A DNA stretch of 64,000 nucleotides from Felis catus (Eukaryota), in contig NC_058368.1 in the NCBI RefSeq assembly GCF_018350175.1, positions 48,672,001-48,736,000 of the forward strand, in the 5' to 3' direction. Below are positions 1-13,034 of this stretch, in pieces. The translations under genes were made by a program, and so were the position numbers. Below the pieces are notes generated by a model that was given only the letters and a program-made list of their open reading frames with translations, searched no databases and had not been told where the DNA came from. The first letter of the stretch is position 1. Every line of letters begins with the position of its first letter.

Positions 1-125
1 CGATGGACTCTGTGCTGACAGTTTGAAGCCCAGAGCCTGCTTTGGATTCTGTGTCTCCCTCTCTCTACCCTCCCTCTTTCTCTCTCTCTCTCTCTAATAT
101 AAACATTTAAAAAAAATTAAAAAAT
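1..125 (+). mobile_element. CAN-SINE, 3' part cut by the window edge
   Basis: ctctgtgctgacag...agagcctgctttggattctgtgtctccctctctct, (CT)n tract and A-rich tail. Confidence 0.9.
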
Positions 126-1216
126 ATATTAATAAAACATAAACACTATCCAAATAGAACTGAAACTAAAACATACAGCATTACACCTTTACAGAGTTGT
201 GATGCTCTACATAGTATTAACCACCAGACCTTACTAAATAATGCATGTTAAACACGACACCTACGTAACAATTTAATGATTATGACGATGTGGGAGAGCT
301 ATATGAAAATGATATAGTGTTTTGGTCTAGAAACATAAGCCAAATAATCTATAGGATCCTAATTTCCAGGGACTTTATAATACAATTTATACCATTTAAT
401 GCTGGCCGAGATACACTCGGGTATATTTCATTAAAACCAGAAAGAAAAAGAAATAACACATACAAAAGGAAAAATCACTACTTTACATGGCAGGTAGCAA
501 ACCTACATAAAATTAATCTGTGCGAGAATTATTTTTAATGGATGGTGAACTAAAATGGACTCAAAAGAAACAAGTGGTAGTTTAAGACATGAAGATGTCA
601 GTGGGCTATGTTAAAAAGGCAACCACGTCATGGTGTCATCAGAGACAAGACTCTCCCTGACTGGCCGGGAGTCTGACCCTGTATAATGATTTTAAATTGG
701 TGCTGATGGAAAACTATGAGCAACTCTTCACGTATAAACAAAAGAATGTAAAATACAATGTCAATCTAATAAATAGCACCTCCCAAATTTTCCTTCCCCT
801 TAGAACTGAACAATCTACCACAAAAACTTACACTACATTATGGAAATGCAGGAATAGTGTTCAGCCTTCTCCACTCAACCTGAGTTCTCTCTCTATAAAG
901 GAAATTTTATCTGAAAATACAAATTTACCTGGAAATAAGAGGAAAGCAGATCCATGCCACCTAACTTCTCACCAAATTACATTCCATCTTTACTATTACT
1001 TAAGTGTTTGCATATTATCATGCCTTTCTTTTATACCTATTAGCACTTAACAGAGTCTGGTATATGGCAGATGTTCATTGAAAACACAACGTAGGGTGTG
1101 GCGGTGGGAGAAATGGGTAAAAGTGGTCAAAAGGTACAAATTTCCAATTATAAAACAAACATGTCCTGCGGATGTAACGTACAGCCAGTGAATATAGTTT
1201 AAAATACTGTATTGTA

Positions 1217-1379
1217 CGGGCACCTGGATGGCTCAGTTGGTCGAACATCCAACTCGTGGTTTCAGCTCAGGTCATGATCTCACAACTTGTGAGCTCAAGC
1301 CCCCCATCAAGCTCTGTACTGACAGCATGGAGCCTACCTGGGATTCTCTCTCTCCCCCCTTCCCCTGCTCATGCTCTCT

Positions 1380-1450
<71 letters not shown>

Positions 1451-1533
1451 GAAGGAAGGAAGGAAGGAAGGAAGGAAGGAAGGAAGGAAGGAAGGAAGGA
1501 AGGAAGGAAGGAAGGAAGGAAGGAAGGAAGGAA

Positions 1534-1605
<72 letters not shown>

Positions 1606-1645
1606 AGAAGAAAGAAAGAGAGAAAGAAAAAAAAAAGAAAAGTAG
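1217..1645 (+). mobile_element. CAN-SINE whose tail has expanded into a tetranucleotide array
   Basis: gggcacctggatggctcagttgg head; 13-bp TSD atactgtattgta at 1204-1216 and 1646-1658. Confidence 0.93.
1381..1640. repeat. Compound STR, about (GAAA)17(GGAA)20(GAAA)17
   Basis: Directly visible; source of the KERK/KEGR pseudo-ORFs. Confidence 0.97.
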
Positions 1646-4097
1646 ATACTGTATTGTATATTCAAAAGTTGCTAAGAGAGTATATCTTCCAAGTTCTTAT
1701 TACAAGAAAAAGAAATGTGTTAACTGTATGTAGCAATGGATCTTAACTATACTTATTGTGATGATCGTTTCACAATATATACTAACACTGAATCATTACG
1801 TCGTACACCTGAAATTAACATGTTATGTCAATTATATGTCAATATTTTTAAAGAAAATTAATGAAAACATGATAAAAATAATAAAAGCATGATCACTTTG
1901 ATAAAAATGCATGAATTCTTGCCAACTCCTGATCTTTACCATTTCCAAGATACTCATAGAATACACATTTATATAAAAGATTACTCTCCTTAACTATATA
2001 CAAGAAACTAAACAACATAATATGTAAGAGTAGCCTATCAATGCTATAGTGCAAGCTACAACTTTTGAAACTTTCTTGCTCTTAAACTAACTAGCATGTG
2101 TGTTATCACACTCCTATGACACTATTAAGGATTATCTAAGAGTAACTGATATAACTGTATTTAACTGGATTTTTTTTCTCTCTCTTTTTTTCCTTTGCTT
2201 AGGGATTCTGACCATATGATTTTAAAACACAAGATTTTTTTAAAGGAGTCAAATACCATGGATTGGGGGTAGAGGTGAATCACATGCAGTAATGTTGACC
2301 TTTGCAATTCCATAAACCTTTCTAAGACTTTTCTGAGGCATAGGAAGTTCCAAATCCTGCTCAACATTGCTTAAGGAAATGCTTTGTTCAGGCTGTTTTC
2401 AGAGAAAACAGTCAATAACCATGCATGTGCCTTTGAATTCAGCTGCACCAGCTGCTAACTTAATGACACTGAAATTAGGAAGCTTTGTTCTAAAGGTGGC
2501 CACAGAGGCTCCTTTGGTATACTTATAGTTCCCAAACAAACCAAATCCTTGAAAAGGCACACACAAATACACACATGTCCAGAGACTGTGTTATTTGCAA
2601 AATGAAATAAACAAGTCAAACAGCCCAAATAAAAAGTGCAAGAATTCAGGAGGGAATGCAGTGTGAAGGAAAAACCTCAATGCCTAAGCTTTAATTACTT
2701 CGCTTTAAAGGCAGAATGTATTTCTTAAAATATTTTCCTAAGAACACGGGGCATGCTATGACTCTAGTCAACATTTATTCAGTACTTCATGTATATTTTA
2801 ATAACGCCAAGAGTGGCACCAAAGGCTCAACAAGAAGTAATGTGTTGTTAAATTTTGCAATCTTTCTCCCCACCCCCCATTTTACATTTCCATTAGCAGC
2901 AGCACAAGACTCATCACCCAGCACCACATACCTGTTTAATCGTATTCAGAAGGTATTTTCTACATGCTGAGAGGCTGCGAAAGCTACAAATAAGTAAAAA
3001 CAAAATCACTGATTAAAAACTAAAACAAAATACTGTGTCTTCCGCTACTGTTTTCTCATTCTTAAATATGGAGGTGGGGGGGTGCATGAGTGCAGGTGCA
3101 CTCACGTGGATACTTTGCTACCTGTAAGCATTCTTTTTCTGGGGTAAGTCAACTCTGAAATATCCGAGCGTAGGAGAGATAATCAACCCAGTGAGAATTT
3201 ATAAACTGGTAGAGGATAACACCATGTCCCCCTTCTACCTTGCTCCCAGAAAATAAAACATGCCATGGGGATGAAGAGAAGACAGGGTTCTAAGACCTGG
3301 TAGTCAGGCTGTACAAGTCCTCAGGACAGCCTCCACTGACTTACAACCCACAAGTCACAGCATCTGGTCTTTATCACCTAACTTGACTCTGAGATTACCC
3401 AAAACTCAGTTGTTGGTAGGTGAGTCTGTGAGTCTCCATGTGAGTCTGTGATACATGGAGATAGAAGACCTGAATTACACGTCCTAACCAACTTTATCCT
3501 GATGGTTTAAGCCTGGCTAGATTTGGGATGTCCTTGAATGTAACAGGGAAGCAGACAAACAAATGAGGAAGTGACAGACAATGCTTGGAATGTTCCTGGA
3601 ATATCAAAAAAAATCGTAATTTCTACACAGGATTTGAGGCACAGCACAGCAGTATGCCAAGAGGGCTCAGGTGTGAATCTATTCAATTCAACAAATATTT
3701 ATGACGCATCTTTTGCCAACTCAAATGTAAGAAGGATTCCAAATTGTGTTTATGTCCTCGGGATATAAAGCAGTGCTGGAACAGACAGCAGGCACTTAAT
3801 ATCGAAGAAAGAAGGAAAGGAAGAAAAGGAAAGAAAGAAAAGGCAGGCAGGCAAGTAAGGAACTTGGGCAGAGTAGGCATTTGCTGGAACTGAGGATACA
3901 AAGTTGAACAACGTGGCAAATGAACTTCAGAGGTGCTAGCTGGAGACTTAATCAGGGCCTCACCCCATTTTCTAATCCAGCTTTGAGTTCACCAACTTTT
4001 TCTTGAGATATCAGACAGATAAATGAAAAGTAAACTAGTTTAGAAAAATTAAGCTTCAGGCTCCTGCTGCAAACGTTTTGAAAACAAGAATCTAAAA

Positions 4098-4283
4098 CAA
4101 GTTTTTAATCCTGGCCACACATGAGAATTATGTAGGAAACTTAAATATGCCAGCTATTGGCACCTGGGTCCCGTGTGGGATTAAATTACCAATTAAATCA
4201 CAATCGTCAAGGAGGAGGTAAAGGTATTACTATTTTTAAATACTCATGTGATTCTAATCTGCAACAAATAATGAGAACCACTG
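4098..4283. mobile_element. MER5-like hAT-Charlie MITE
   Basis: Ends in tgtgattctaatctgcaacaaataatgagaaccactg, the MER5 terminus motif. Confidence 0.6.
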
Positions 4284-4636
4284 TTCCAGAAATAATGATA
4301 GAAGTTTTCTGCCCAGGGTCTACTATGAACCTGACAAGCTAAAACAAAAATGCAACCTATATTTAAGAACCATGTGTATGTTTATAGCTTGTACAGTAAT
4401 ATAGGAAACTCATTTGTTTAAGCAAACATGACCGAAAACAGGAATGGAGAAACACTAGACACTGATACAACCAAAAACTTCAAAAAAGCTTTAGATACCC
4501 AGCTCAGCACACCGACATAAAATGTCTCTAAATAGCTGAGAAATAATTACAATATAATGAAAAGTTTTCAGACACATGATTCTGACATTAATTTGAAGAT
4601 TCCTTATTTTGTTACAATTACCTATACTTTTTAAAA

Positions 4637-4830
4637 GCAGTTCTATTCATAACAGCCCCAAATTGAAAAGAACCAGGATATACCTGAATACCTCCACTTT
4701 TAAAAGTAGGTTTTATGTTCTAAAACTGATGGTGGTACACTGCACAATTCTGTGACTGTCCCAAAAACCACTGAATTGTACACTTTAGATAGGTTGAATC
4801 GGCATGCCAACTATGTCAATAAAGTTGTTC
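4637..4830 (+). mobile_element. Old L1 (L1MB/L1ME-like) 3' fragment
   Basis: ttcataacagccccaaattgaaa and aaaaaccactgaattgtacacttta...tcaataaagttg. Confidence 0.7.
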
Positions 4831-4889
4831 TACATATAAAAGAAACTTTTTAAGTAGACTTATCTTCTCAATTAGAAAGGAGTTTTTTC

Positions 4890-5110
4890 GGGGCGCCTGG
4901 GTGGCGTAGTCGGTTGAGCATCCAACTTCAGCCAGGTCACGATCTCGCGGTCCGGGAGTTCGAGCCCCGCGTCGGGCTCTGGGCTGATGGCTCAGAGCCT
5001 GGAGCCTGTTTCCGATTCTGTGTCTCCCTCTCTCTCTGCCCCTCCCCCGTTCATGCTCTGTCTCTCTCTGTCCCAAAAATAAATAAAAACGTTGAAAAAA
5101 AAAATTTTTT
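4890..5110 (+). mobile_element. Young felid SINEC_Fc-type SINE
   Basis: CpG-rich body (cagccaggtcacgatctcgcggtccgggagttcgagccccgcgtcgggc); perfect 16-bp TSD agaaaggagttttttc at 4874-4889 and 5111-5126. Confidence 0.96.
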
Positions 5111-5274
5111 AGAAAGGAGTTTTTTCATAATTGTACATGGGCTGTGGCTGTTTTATTAGTATAAATTCATTTTTAATGTTAAATTTCATTTTCTTTTTCA
5201 TATTCTCCTAAAATCAAGGGTGCAAGCCATACTGAAAGAATTTTGGCTTCAACAGCTTTTAAAACTCACAGCCT

Positions 5275-5499
5275 GGGGCGCCTGGGTGGCTCAGTCGGTT
5301 AAGCATGTGACTTTGGCTCTCAGGTCATGATCTCATAGTTTGTGAGTTCGAGCCCCGTGTCAGGCTCTGTGCTGACTGCCCAGACCCCGGAGCCTGCTTC
5401 GGTTTCTGTGTCTCCCTCTCTCTCTGCTCCTCCCATGCTTGTGTTCTCGCTCTCTCTCTCTCTCTCAAAAATAAACATTAAACATTTTTTTTTTTTAAA
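5275..5499 (+). mobile_element. CAN-SINE
   Basis: ggggcgcctgggtggctcagtcggttaagc head, (CT)n, tail; TSD tcacagcct. Confidence 0.94.
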
Positions 5500-5600
5500 T
5501 CACAGCCTGGAGCAAAAATGTGACATTATAAAAAGTCACATTAAATTACTGCAATTAATGATGTCATAACTGGGGAGCAGGGGATAAGATGTGATTAAGT

Positions 5601-5775
5601 GGAACACCTGCGTGGCTTGGCCTGTTAAGCATCCAACTCTCGATTTTGGCTCAGGTCATGATCTCATGGTTCGTGAGGTCAAGCCCCACATTGGGCTCTG
5701 CACTGACTGTGCAAAACCTGCATGGGATTCTCTCTTTCTCTCTCTCTATGCCCCTCCTGCGGTGTCTCTCTCTCT

Positions 5776-5824
<49 letters not shown>

Positions 5825-5864
5825 CCTCCCTCCCTCCCTCAAAATAAACAAACTCAAAAAAAAA
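5601..5864 (+). mobile_element. CAN-SINE, older, with long (CT)n/(CCCT)n
   Basis: Diverged head, ctcaggtcatgatctc core, TSD atgtgatta. Confidence 0.9.
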
Positions 5865-7456
5865 ATGTGATTATCAGTGAATCACTAAGTGTGATGTGAT
5901 GGAAATGAATTGGGCCTAAATGTCTTAAGCCCCCAAGGTCTAGATATGACCCCACCATTTGTGAAGTGAGTATTCTTGGACAAACTGTAAAATTGCTATA
6001 AAAATGTAAGTCAGAAATTCATTATAATAGTAAGCTGAAGCAATGTTTAAGAAACCATTTGAAAACTGTTTGGTGTTTAAAAAAATAGTGTTGAAATTAT
6101 TTTGGCTTTGTTGCAAAAAGAGAGATCACCAAGTTCAGAGAGTCTATGACGTGTTCCAAGAATCTCTAAAATTTTGTTCTCCACCCACTTTTCCCTGTAG
6201 CATCTCTTAAACTGCTTAAATTTTTCCCGTCTCCATATTTCCTCATCTATAAAGGAGAGACATATTTGCCTCTTTAGAAGTTACTGAACTATAAATTAAG
6301 TCCTCTACTTTATTCCGGAAAATAAGTGCAGCCAATGAAATGACTGGTGCCTGGAGTCCTTTTGCCCCTTTTGGACCTAGGAAGATACAGAGGGTTTTTA
6401 GGATACCGTAATTATATACGGCAAGCAGATTTTGGATGTTAGTTTGTTTTGTGGGTTTTTAACAAGAGTCCCAGCCAGCCAGGGGAAAGGGAAAGAACTA
6501 GAAGAAACATTATTAAGCAGCTTTGAAGTTCTGATAACTAAAAGGGCATATGACACAGAGGTTCTTATCAGGAAGGGTCCCTATTCACAGGAGAGGAGCA
6601 AATCCAAATTTCCATGCATAGAATTGCAACTTTTTTACGGTAATTAGTCCTTCTCTTTCAGAAATCCCATCCCAGTGAAGCTCTGCAAATGAATCAATTC
6701 TGTTTCCAAAAAAAAGTTACACTCTTCTCCAAAACAAGTAACTGTTACCCCCAAAAGATAACCATGTTCTGACAAAAAAAAAAAGTTTTCCATTTAGAAG
6801 GGGAAGACACAGGCAAATGGAAATGTTTCTACAAACTTTGTCAAGCATTACTTAAAACTGTTACAAGGCATGATTACAAATGACCGTGAATTTAATACTA
6901 CTATTTAATTGAATCTTCAATTCTTTGGTAAGGATTAATTATTTCTTATATTACATTTCCTTCATTGCGTGATGATATGGAAATATATATACCCATACAT
7001 GTGTGAGCTGCTCAGCTATAATTAATGATGCACTTTTATTCTCTATTATTGTGTGGAAAACATTCTGACACAAAATAAATGAAGCATAATCATTCAGTGT
7101 AATGATTCGAATGTACTGATTAATGAAATGAAATAGCTTCTCTGCTCTTTAGTTAAATTAAAACATTTACACACTGGGAATCGTAAGGGCATCCCTAAAT
7201 GAATGTTTTCTAGGTGACCATTTTCCCTTATAGAAATCACCTGCCCAGCCATCACTGACTAGAAGTTCCCAGCAGTTGTAATATGTACCACTATCTTATA
7301 TGCAAGAAACAAAAACTGTGTCAAGTAAACTATTACACAATACTAAGCTGTCTTCAGAGATGTTAAAAAAGTGTGTGAGGAGGAAACAGGAGAGAATGTG
7401 ACCTATATGCTTAAAAATCACTAGATGGAAAAAAAAAATTGAAAGAAGAATCATCT

Positions 7457-7648
7457 GGGGCCCGTGTGTGGCTCAGTCAGTTAAGCATCTGACTCTTGAT
7501 TTTGATTCAGGTCATGATATCCTAGTTTGTGAGTTCAAGCCCTGCATCAGGCTATGTGCTGACAGCGCGGAACCTTCTAGGAATTCATTCTCACCCTCTC
7601 CCTCTCTCTCTTTCTCTCTCTCAAAATAAATAAACTTAAAAAAAAATC
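7457..7648 (+). mobile_element. CAN-SINE
   Basis: Head gggcccgtgtgtggctcagtcag; TSD aagaatcatctg at 7446-7457 and 7649-7660. Confidence 0.92.
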
Positions 7649-7743
7649 AAGAATCATCTGAATAGATAAATAGGTTGACTGATTTCCTTAGCCCCCATAC
7701 AAACCTACTTAGATTTTCTGGAGACTGGGCTAAGGTACTAAAG

Positions 7744-8060
7744 CAGAGGACCCTTGAACGACCCAGGGGTTAGGGGAGCCAACTCCCCGTGCAATTGAAA
7801 ATCCAAGTATATCTTCCGACTATGCAAAAACTTTACTACTAATGGCCTACTACTGACTGGAAGCCTTACCAATAACATATTTTAGATAGTCAATGAACAC
7901 ATACTTTGTATGTTATGTATATTATACAGTTTGTTCTTACAACAGAGTAATCTACAGAAAAATGTTAAATCATTTCAGAACTGCACCGTATTTATCCAAA
8001 AAAACTCCATACAGAAGTTGACCTGTGCAGTTCAAACCAATGTTGTTCAAGGGTCAACAG
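7744..8060. mobile_element. Tigger2a-like TcMar DNA transposon (non-autonomous)
   Basis: Terminal inverted repeats cagaggacccttgaacgac and gttgttcaagggtcaacag followed by TA; internal Tigger2 motif tactgactggaagccttacc. Confidence 0.85.
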
Positions 8061-8064
8061 TATT

Positions 8065-8259
8065 GGGGTGCCTTGGTGGCTCAGTCGGTTAAGTGTCCGA
8101 TCTCACAGTTTGTGAGTTTGAACCCCCCATCAGTCTCGATGCTGTCAGCACAGAGCCCGCTTCAGATCCTCTACCCCCCCACACACCCTCCCCTACTCTC
8201 TCACGCACACTCACGTGAGCATGTGCTCTCTCTCTCTCAAAAATAAACATTAAAAAAAA
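8065..8259 (+). mobile_element. CAN-SINE inserted at the Tigger2 right end
   Basis: ggggtgccttggtggctcagtcgg head; imperfect TSD gtcaacagtatt / gtcaactgtatt. Confidence 0.9.
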
Positions 8260-8734
8260 GAGAGTCAACTGTATTTGTAAAAAGTTCCCCAGGTGAGAAA
8301 TCTAGAACCAGCTGGCAGAGATCTATCAATTATACCAGTTCTCTAATTATAAGCAACTCAAACACAATGGCAACCATGATTAATACCACACTTTAACAAC
8401 TGTTTATATGTATACATAAAATACTGCCTATAGTGGGAATTGGCCAGCTTGAAGATATCACCAGAAGTGTGTAGATTTTAACACTGATATTGATGAGGGC
8501 AGAGACAAAGGAAGCCCCTTAAAGTCTCTACATAGTATTCCCTCTTCCCAGCACGGAACCCAGTCCAATGGGTGGAGCCCAGCTCCAGTGACAGCAGAAT
8601 TTGTGTTACATTTTTGGTTTAGGAAGAGCTCAATGGCTTCTGTTAGGTCTACAGGTGTCCAGAGGGCCTCTGGTACCCAACTACCAACCTGGGTCACTCC
8701 TGGTCCAGGAAGCTCCAGAAAACTAGCAAAGCAA

Positions 8735-8960
8735 TAAAGCAGTAGTACTGTTAAAGAGGCAGACAGAAGTCTTATAACCCAGCACCGCCACTTAACTGCC
8801 AGGCGATCCTGAGAATGATACTGAACCTCGATTATCACATGGAGGACTAACACGGATAATAATCAGATCCGTCATGAAGATGCACTGAGATAATACCTAT
8901 AAAACACCTAGTACAATAAATGGTACAAAGTAGGTGTTCGGTAATTAGAAAATGACGTTA
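8735..8960 (+). mobile_element. MIR fragment
   Basis: cccagcaccgccacttaactg...tgagataatacctataaaacacctagtaca...gtaggtgttcggtaa resembles the MIR core and 3' end. Confidence 0.6.
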
Positions 8961-9748
8961 TCCCTATTGTTGCCTCTTCCATCTATCTCCTTTTTTATTA
9001 AAAAATTACTTTGAGCACTACAGATCTCAGTACTAATCATTCTATTAACATGCATTGATGTTTGCCTCTACTTCTAATTTACAACCTTAAAGACCATGTT
9101 TAATGTTATGTTTTTTCTGTTCCTAGGAGCTCAAAACATGGTATTAGGCAACCAACAGATATTTTATCAATTCAACCATTCACTCAACAGATAATAATTA
9201 CAGATTTGTCACACGCAAGACAACATCCTAGGCATGGGGAATACATTGATCTCTACCCCTGAGTTTACAATCCATGCTCAGTAAGATCTAGTCCATTTTA
9301 ATGAATTATTCATTGGAACAGCAGAAACACACATATATGTAGCACTACATACAGGCACAAAAAGACTCCTCCCATAGATTTACAATAACCTGTTCCCCTA
9401 CTCCACTCTTATCAGAAAATAAGTCACCTTAGTTAATTATTAAAACTAGCAATTTTAACTGTATAGACCATAGTCTCATGTTCAAACACCTCAAGTAATG
9501 GAGTCTAAAAGTGAAAAATGTCTACACATGCCTCATAACTTGTAAGAGAGCTGATCACAAATTCTACCTAATTAAAGTAGTGTACTACAAAGCCATCGAT
9601 TCAAGGACAAAAGAAATTCACAAAAACATCTTTCTATGTGATGCTATAAAATATTTCAACATATTCACAGACTGAACTTTCTCTGTAATTCCAAAATCTC
9701 ATTTTCTCATGCAAAATTTCTTCCAGTTAGGAAAAAAGCCTAAGTGAG

Positions 9749-9750
<2 letters not shown>

Positions 9751-9793
<43 letters not shown>
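9751..9793. repeat. Pure poly(A), 43 nt
   Basis: Directly visible. Confidence 0.95.
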
Positions 9794-9796
<3 letters not shown>

Positions 9797-10510
9797 ATCT
9801 TGAGGAAATTGTATGGTATTGTAAGGAGCTAAGAAAAAGATTGTACGGTATGGAAAACTAAAGAGCCTGTCAATAAAGAAAAAGCACCATTTTCTCCATT
9901 TGTTCAGCACCATACTTTGTTCCCCTCCAGTCCTACCTCATGTCCTGTAACCCCCAGATTCCACACTATGGGCTTAGACTCCTCCCACTTGCTGCAAGAA
10001 TGAGCCAAGACAAGATGTTTTTAAGTGAGGATGAACATGCACATATTTTTATACAAGATGAGTATCTAGTTTGCTATTTCTGGCAAAGGACAGGGAATGT
10101 CCAAGGTTGTCAGTACAGCTTTTATCTCCTGTGATTTAACTGGACCTTTAGCAAGCACAAAATATAACTTCAAAAGAAAGGTTTTTTTCCCATAAAACAA
10201 AGCAAGCCAGGGAACATTTTCCAAGGTGGGGGGCACCGACAGTCCTTCAAACCAAGAAGTAAGTTGGTAAAAAATTTTTAAGAGGGGAAAATTAGAAATG
10301 AAAGAAGTATTACTTTTGCAATAAGTAAAGCAAAATAAGGCAAGTATAGACCAAGTAAAGAAAAAAGTTTCGACAAAGGCAATATAGTGTACAACTAAAA
10401 CATGAGGAACAGTGACTTTCAGACAAGAAGTTTAACTTCAGGTATATGACCACTGAAATAAGTGGGTAATAGATGAAATTGCACGGTGGACTCAAATATC
10501 TTGGTTTTAG

Positions 10511-10722
10511 AAAAAATTTTAAGTGTTATTTATTTATTTTGAGAAAAAGAGAGCACAAGCAGGAGAAGGGCAGAGTGAGAGGGAGAGACAGAGAATTCCA
10601 AGCAGGCTCTGCAATGCCTACACAGAGCCAGACATGGGGATTGAACCCACGAACCAGGACATCATGACCTGAGCTGAAACCAACAGTCAGATGCTCAACG
10701 AACTGAGCCACCCATGCACCCC
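10511..10722 (-). mobile_element. CAN-SINE
   Basis: Reverse head ctgagccacccatgcacccc; TSD aatatc(t/c)tggtttta. Confidence 0.92.
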
Positions 10723-11426
10723 TCTAATATCCTGGTTTTACAACAGTGTGCCCCAGAGAACAGGCATCATTTCTAAAGCAATTAGTTAGCTCATAAAGAG
10801 TAATAGTAATGTAGACAATCCAACTGATTTCATTCCACCAAACATTCTTTAATACATTTGTTATGTACAAAACTCTGTAAGTACTCTAGGATACAGACAT
10901 AAATCCAAGTCCAAAATGTGTTTTAATAAACTCAGACCATACTTTATTTTCAGAGGTTTGTGCAGTTAATGTTGATATGAGTATTAGGTTCAGACATATG
11001 AACTTGACATGTCTGTACCTCAAAAACAATTGAATAATGGTAATTTCATATGGTTCAACTTAATACATAACGCCTATCATTGACAGCCAACAAAATAACT
11101 ATGAAATTCAAGTCTAGGCAAAGTGTCTCTATAAGTACAGAAATTAAGATTTAAAAAAAAAAACAAATTCATTCATTTGACTTTGCAAAGCAGGACAGCT
11201 TCTTTGAGCAGATGGCATATGAACGAGGAATCAGGTTTTGAGAGTTGGAATAGTTAGAAGAAGGAATATAGTGAGGAAGAAGTGGCAGATGGGAATTTTA
11301 GACTGGGGACAAGCAAGAACATAAGTACAGGATCATAAAAGTGTAATAGAATAATTCAAATGGCAAAATCATCTACTTTAATGTCATTGAGCAAGTATGT
11401 GAGGTTCATTATTAAAACAGAATTTT

Positions 11427-11657
11427 GGGGCACCTGTGTGGTTCAGTCACTTAAGTGTCCGACTTCAGCTCAGGTCATGATCTCGCAGTCCGTGAGTTCA
11501 AGCCCCGTGTCCGGCCCTGTGCTGAAAGCTCAGAGCCTGGAACCCACTTCAGATTCTGTGTCTCCCTCTCTCTCTGCCCCTCCCCTGCTCATGCTCTGTC
11601 TCTCTCCCTCTCAAAAATGAATAAATGTTAAAAAAAAACTTAAATTAAAAAAAAAAA
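11427..11657 (+). mobile_element. CAN-SINE
   Basis: ggggcacctgtgtggttcag head, full body and A tail. Confidence 0.93.
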
Positions 11658-11742
11658 AGAATTTAAATTCAATTAACCTGGAGAAACTTATTTGTCTCGC
11701 AATAAAAAAAAAAAAAAAAAAACGCAAACAAAATTCTAGGAT

Positions 11743-11932
11743 GGGACACCTGGGTGGCTCAGTTGGTTAAGCCTCTGACTTCAGATCAGGTCATGATCTT
11801 AAGGTTCATGAGTTCAAGCAGTGTCCACATCAGGCTCTGTGCTAACAGCTCAGAGCCTGAAGCCTGCTTTGGATTCTGTGTCTCCCTCTCTCTCTGCCCC
11901 TCCCCTGTTCACACTCTATTTCTCTATTTCTC

Positions 11933-11987
<55 letters not shown>

Positions 11988-12001
11988 AAAATAATTTTTT
12001 T
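11743..12001 (+). mobile_element. CAN-SINE with long (CT)n
   Basis: gggacacctgggtggctcag head; TSD aattctag. Confidence 0.92.
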
Positions 12002-13034
12002 AATTCTAGAATAAATATAAAATTTTTTCTGAGAAATGATAAAAAGAAAATTAAATAAGAACATCAAATCAACCATTCCCTATAAAAGAGCTACAAACAG
12101 TCTCAAGTTCACAGACATCTCAATATAAAATAATACACTAAAAGCTCCTCCTTCTGCTATAGACGGAGTGTATCAGATACTAATCTGTTCGGTAATGGGC
12201 AAGAGCTTTCCCCTTGACTAGTGTCCTTATGGATGCCTCTGCCTTTGCTCTAAACATCAGGGTTTCAGAAAGGCCCTACTGAATTTTAAAGGTCAAGTTC
12301 TTCCCACCATTCCATTTACAAATCACTGCAAGTAACCCATTATACATTTACTATGGAACTGGCAAAATTTAATAATCACTAGACCTTACTGAGTGCTTTG
12401 TGGGAACGGTGGCTTTTGCATGGTTATGAAGACGGTAATGAAGTCAAATCTACTGCTCCATTACACATATTATTTTTAGCCACAATAACAGTGTTCCGTT
12501 TAAGCTTTAGGACTGCATTTAAATAGATGGTTTAGGAAACAATAAAGCCTAAAAGAATACTGTAGGTGTATTCCAAATTTAGAGTGAGTAGGAAACATCA
12601 GGGGAATTTTATCTACTCCATCAAACAATAAAACACTCTGAGCCAGCAACACAAAGAAGCCAAGAAAACAGGGGATGGGAACTTTTTTTCTTATTAGAGA
12701 GTCAGCAAGCTAATAAAAATATTAATCAAAGGGCACATAAAAAATTTTTGTTTGGCAGGAATTTTTTTTTTCTTAAAGAGAAATGTCAGATAGTGTGCTA
12801 GTTACACTGCATAAATACTGGACCCAAGAGATGCACTATGTACCCGTTAAAGGAACAGGACAAGGGGAAGAATAGAGTTAAGGGACCAAGTGAAGAAGGA
12901 ATGAGACACACACAGAGAGAAAAACAGAAAACACTGCAGAATACATAGAAAAGCACCTACAATCAAACCCAAAAGAACACAGAACAGTGTTCTGTTTGAT
13001 CTCTCACAACATTTTGGCTGACGATTAGATGTCT

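Larger units (their letters stand above)
1090..1850 (+). mobile_element. L1 3' UTR fragment (L1MA9/L1_Carn-like), split by a SINE
   Basis: ggtcaaaaggtacaaa...aaaagttgctaagagag...tgaatcattacgtcgtacacctgaaattaacatgttatgtcaattat matches L1MA 3'-end motifs. Confidence 0.8.

Noticed and set aside
1228..1746. 172-aa Lys/Glu/Arg-rich ORF and overlapping ORFs
   Set aside because: Translation of a SINE plus the (GAAA)/(GGAA) array, which has no stop codons.
4890..4975. tRNA-like A and B boxes in SINE heads
   Set aside because: These are the tRNA-derived CAN-SINE promoters, not tRNA genes.
8458..8853. 131-aa minus-strand ORF
   Set aside because: Non-ATG start, overlaps a MIR, no recognisable domain or convincing splice sites.
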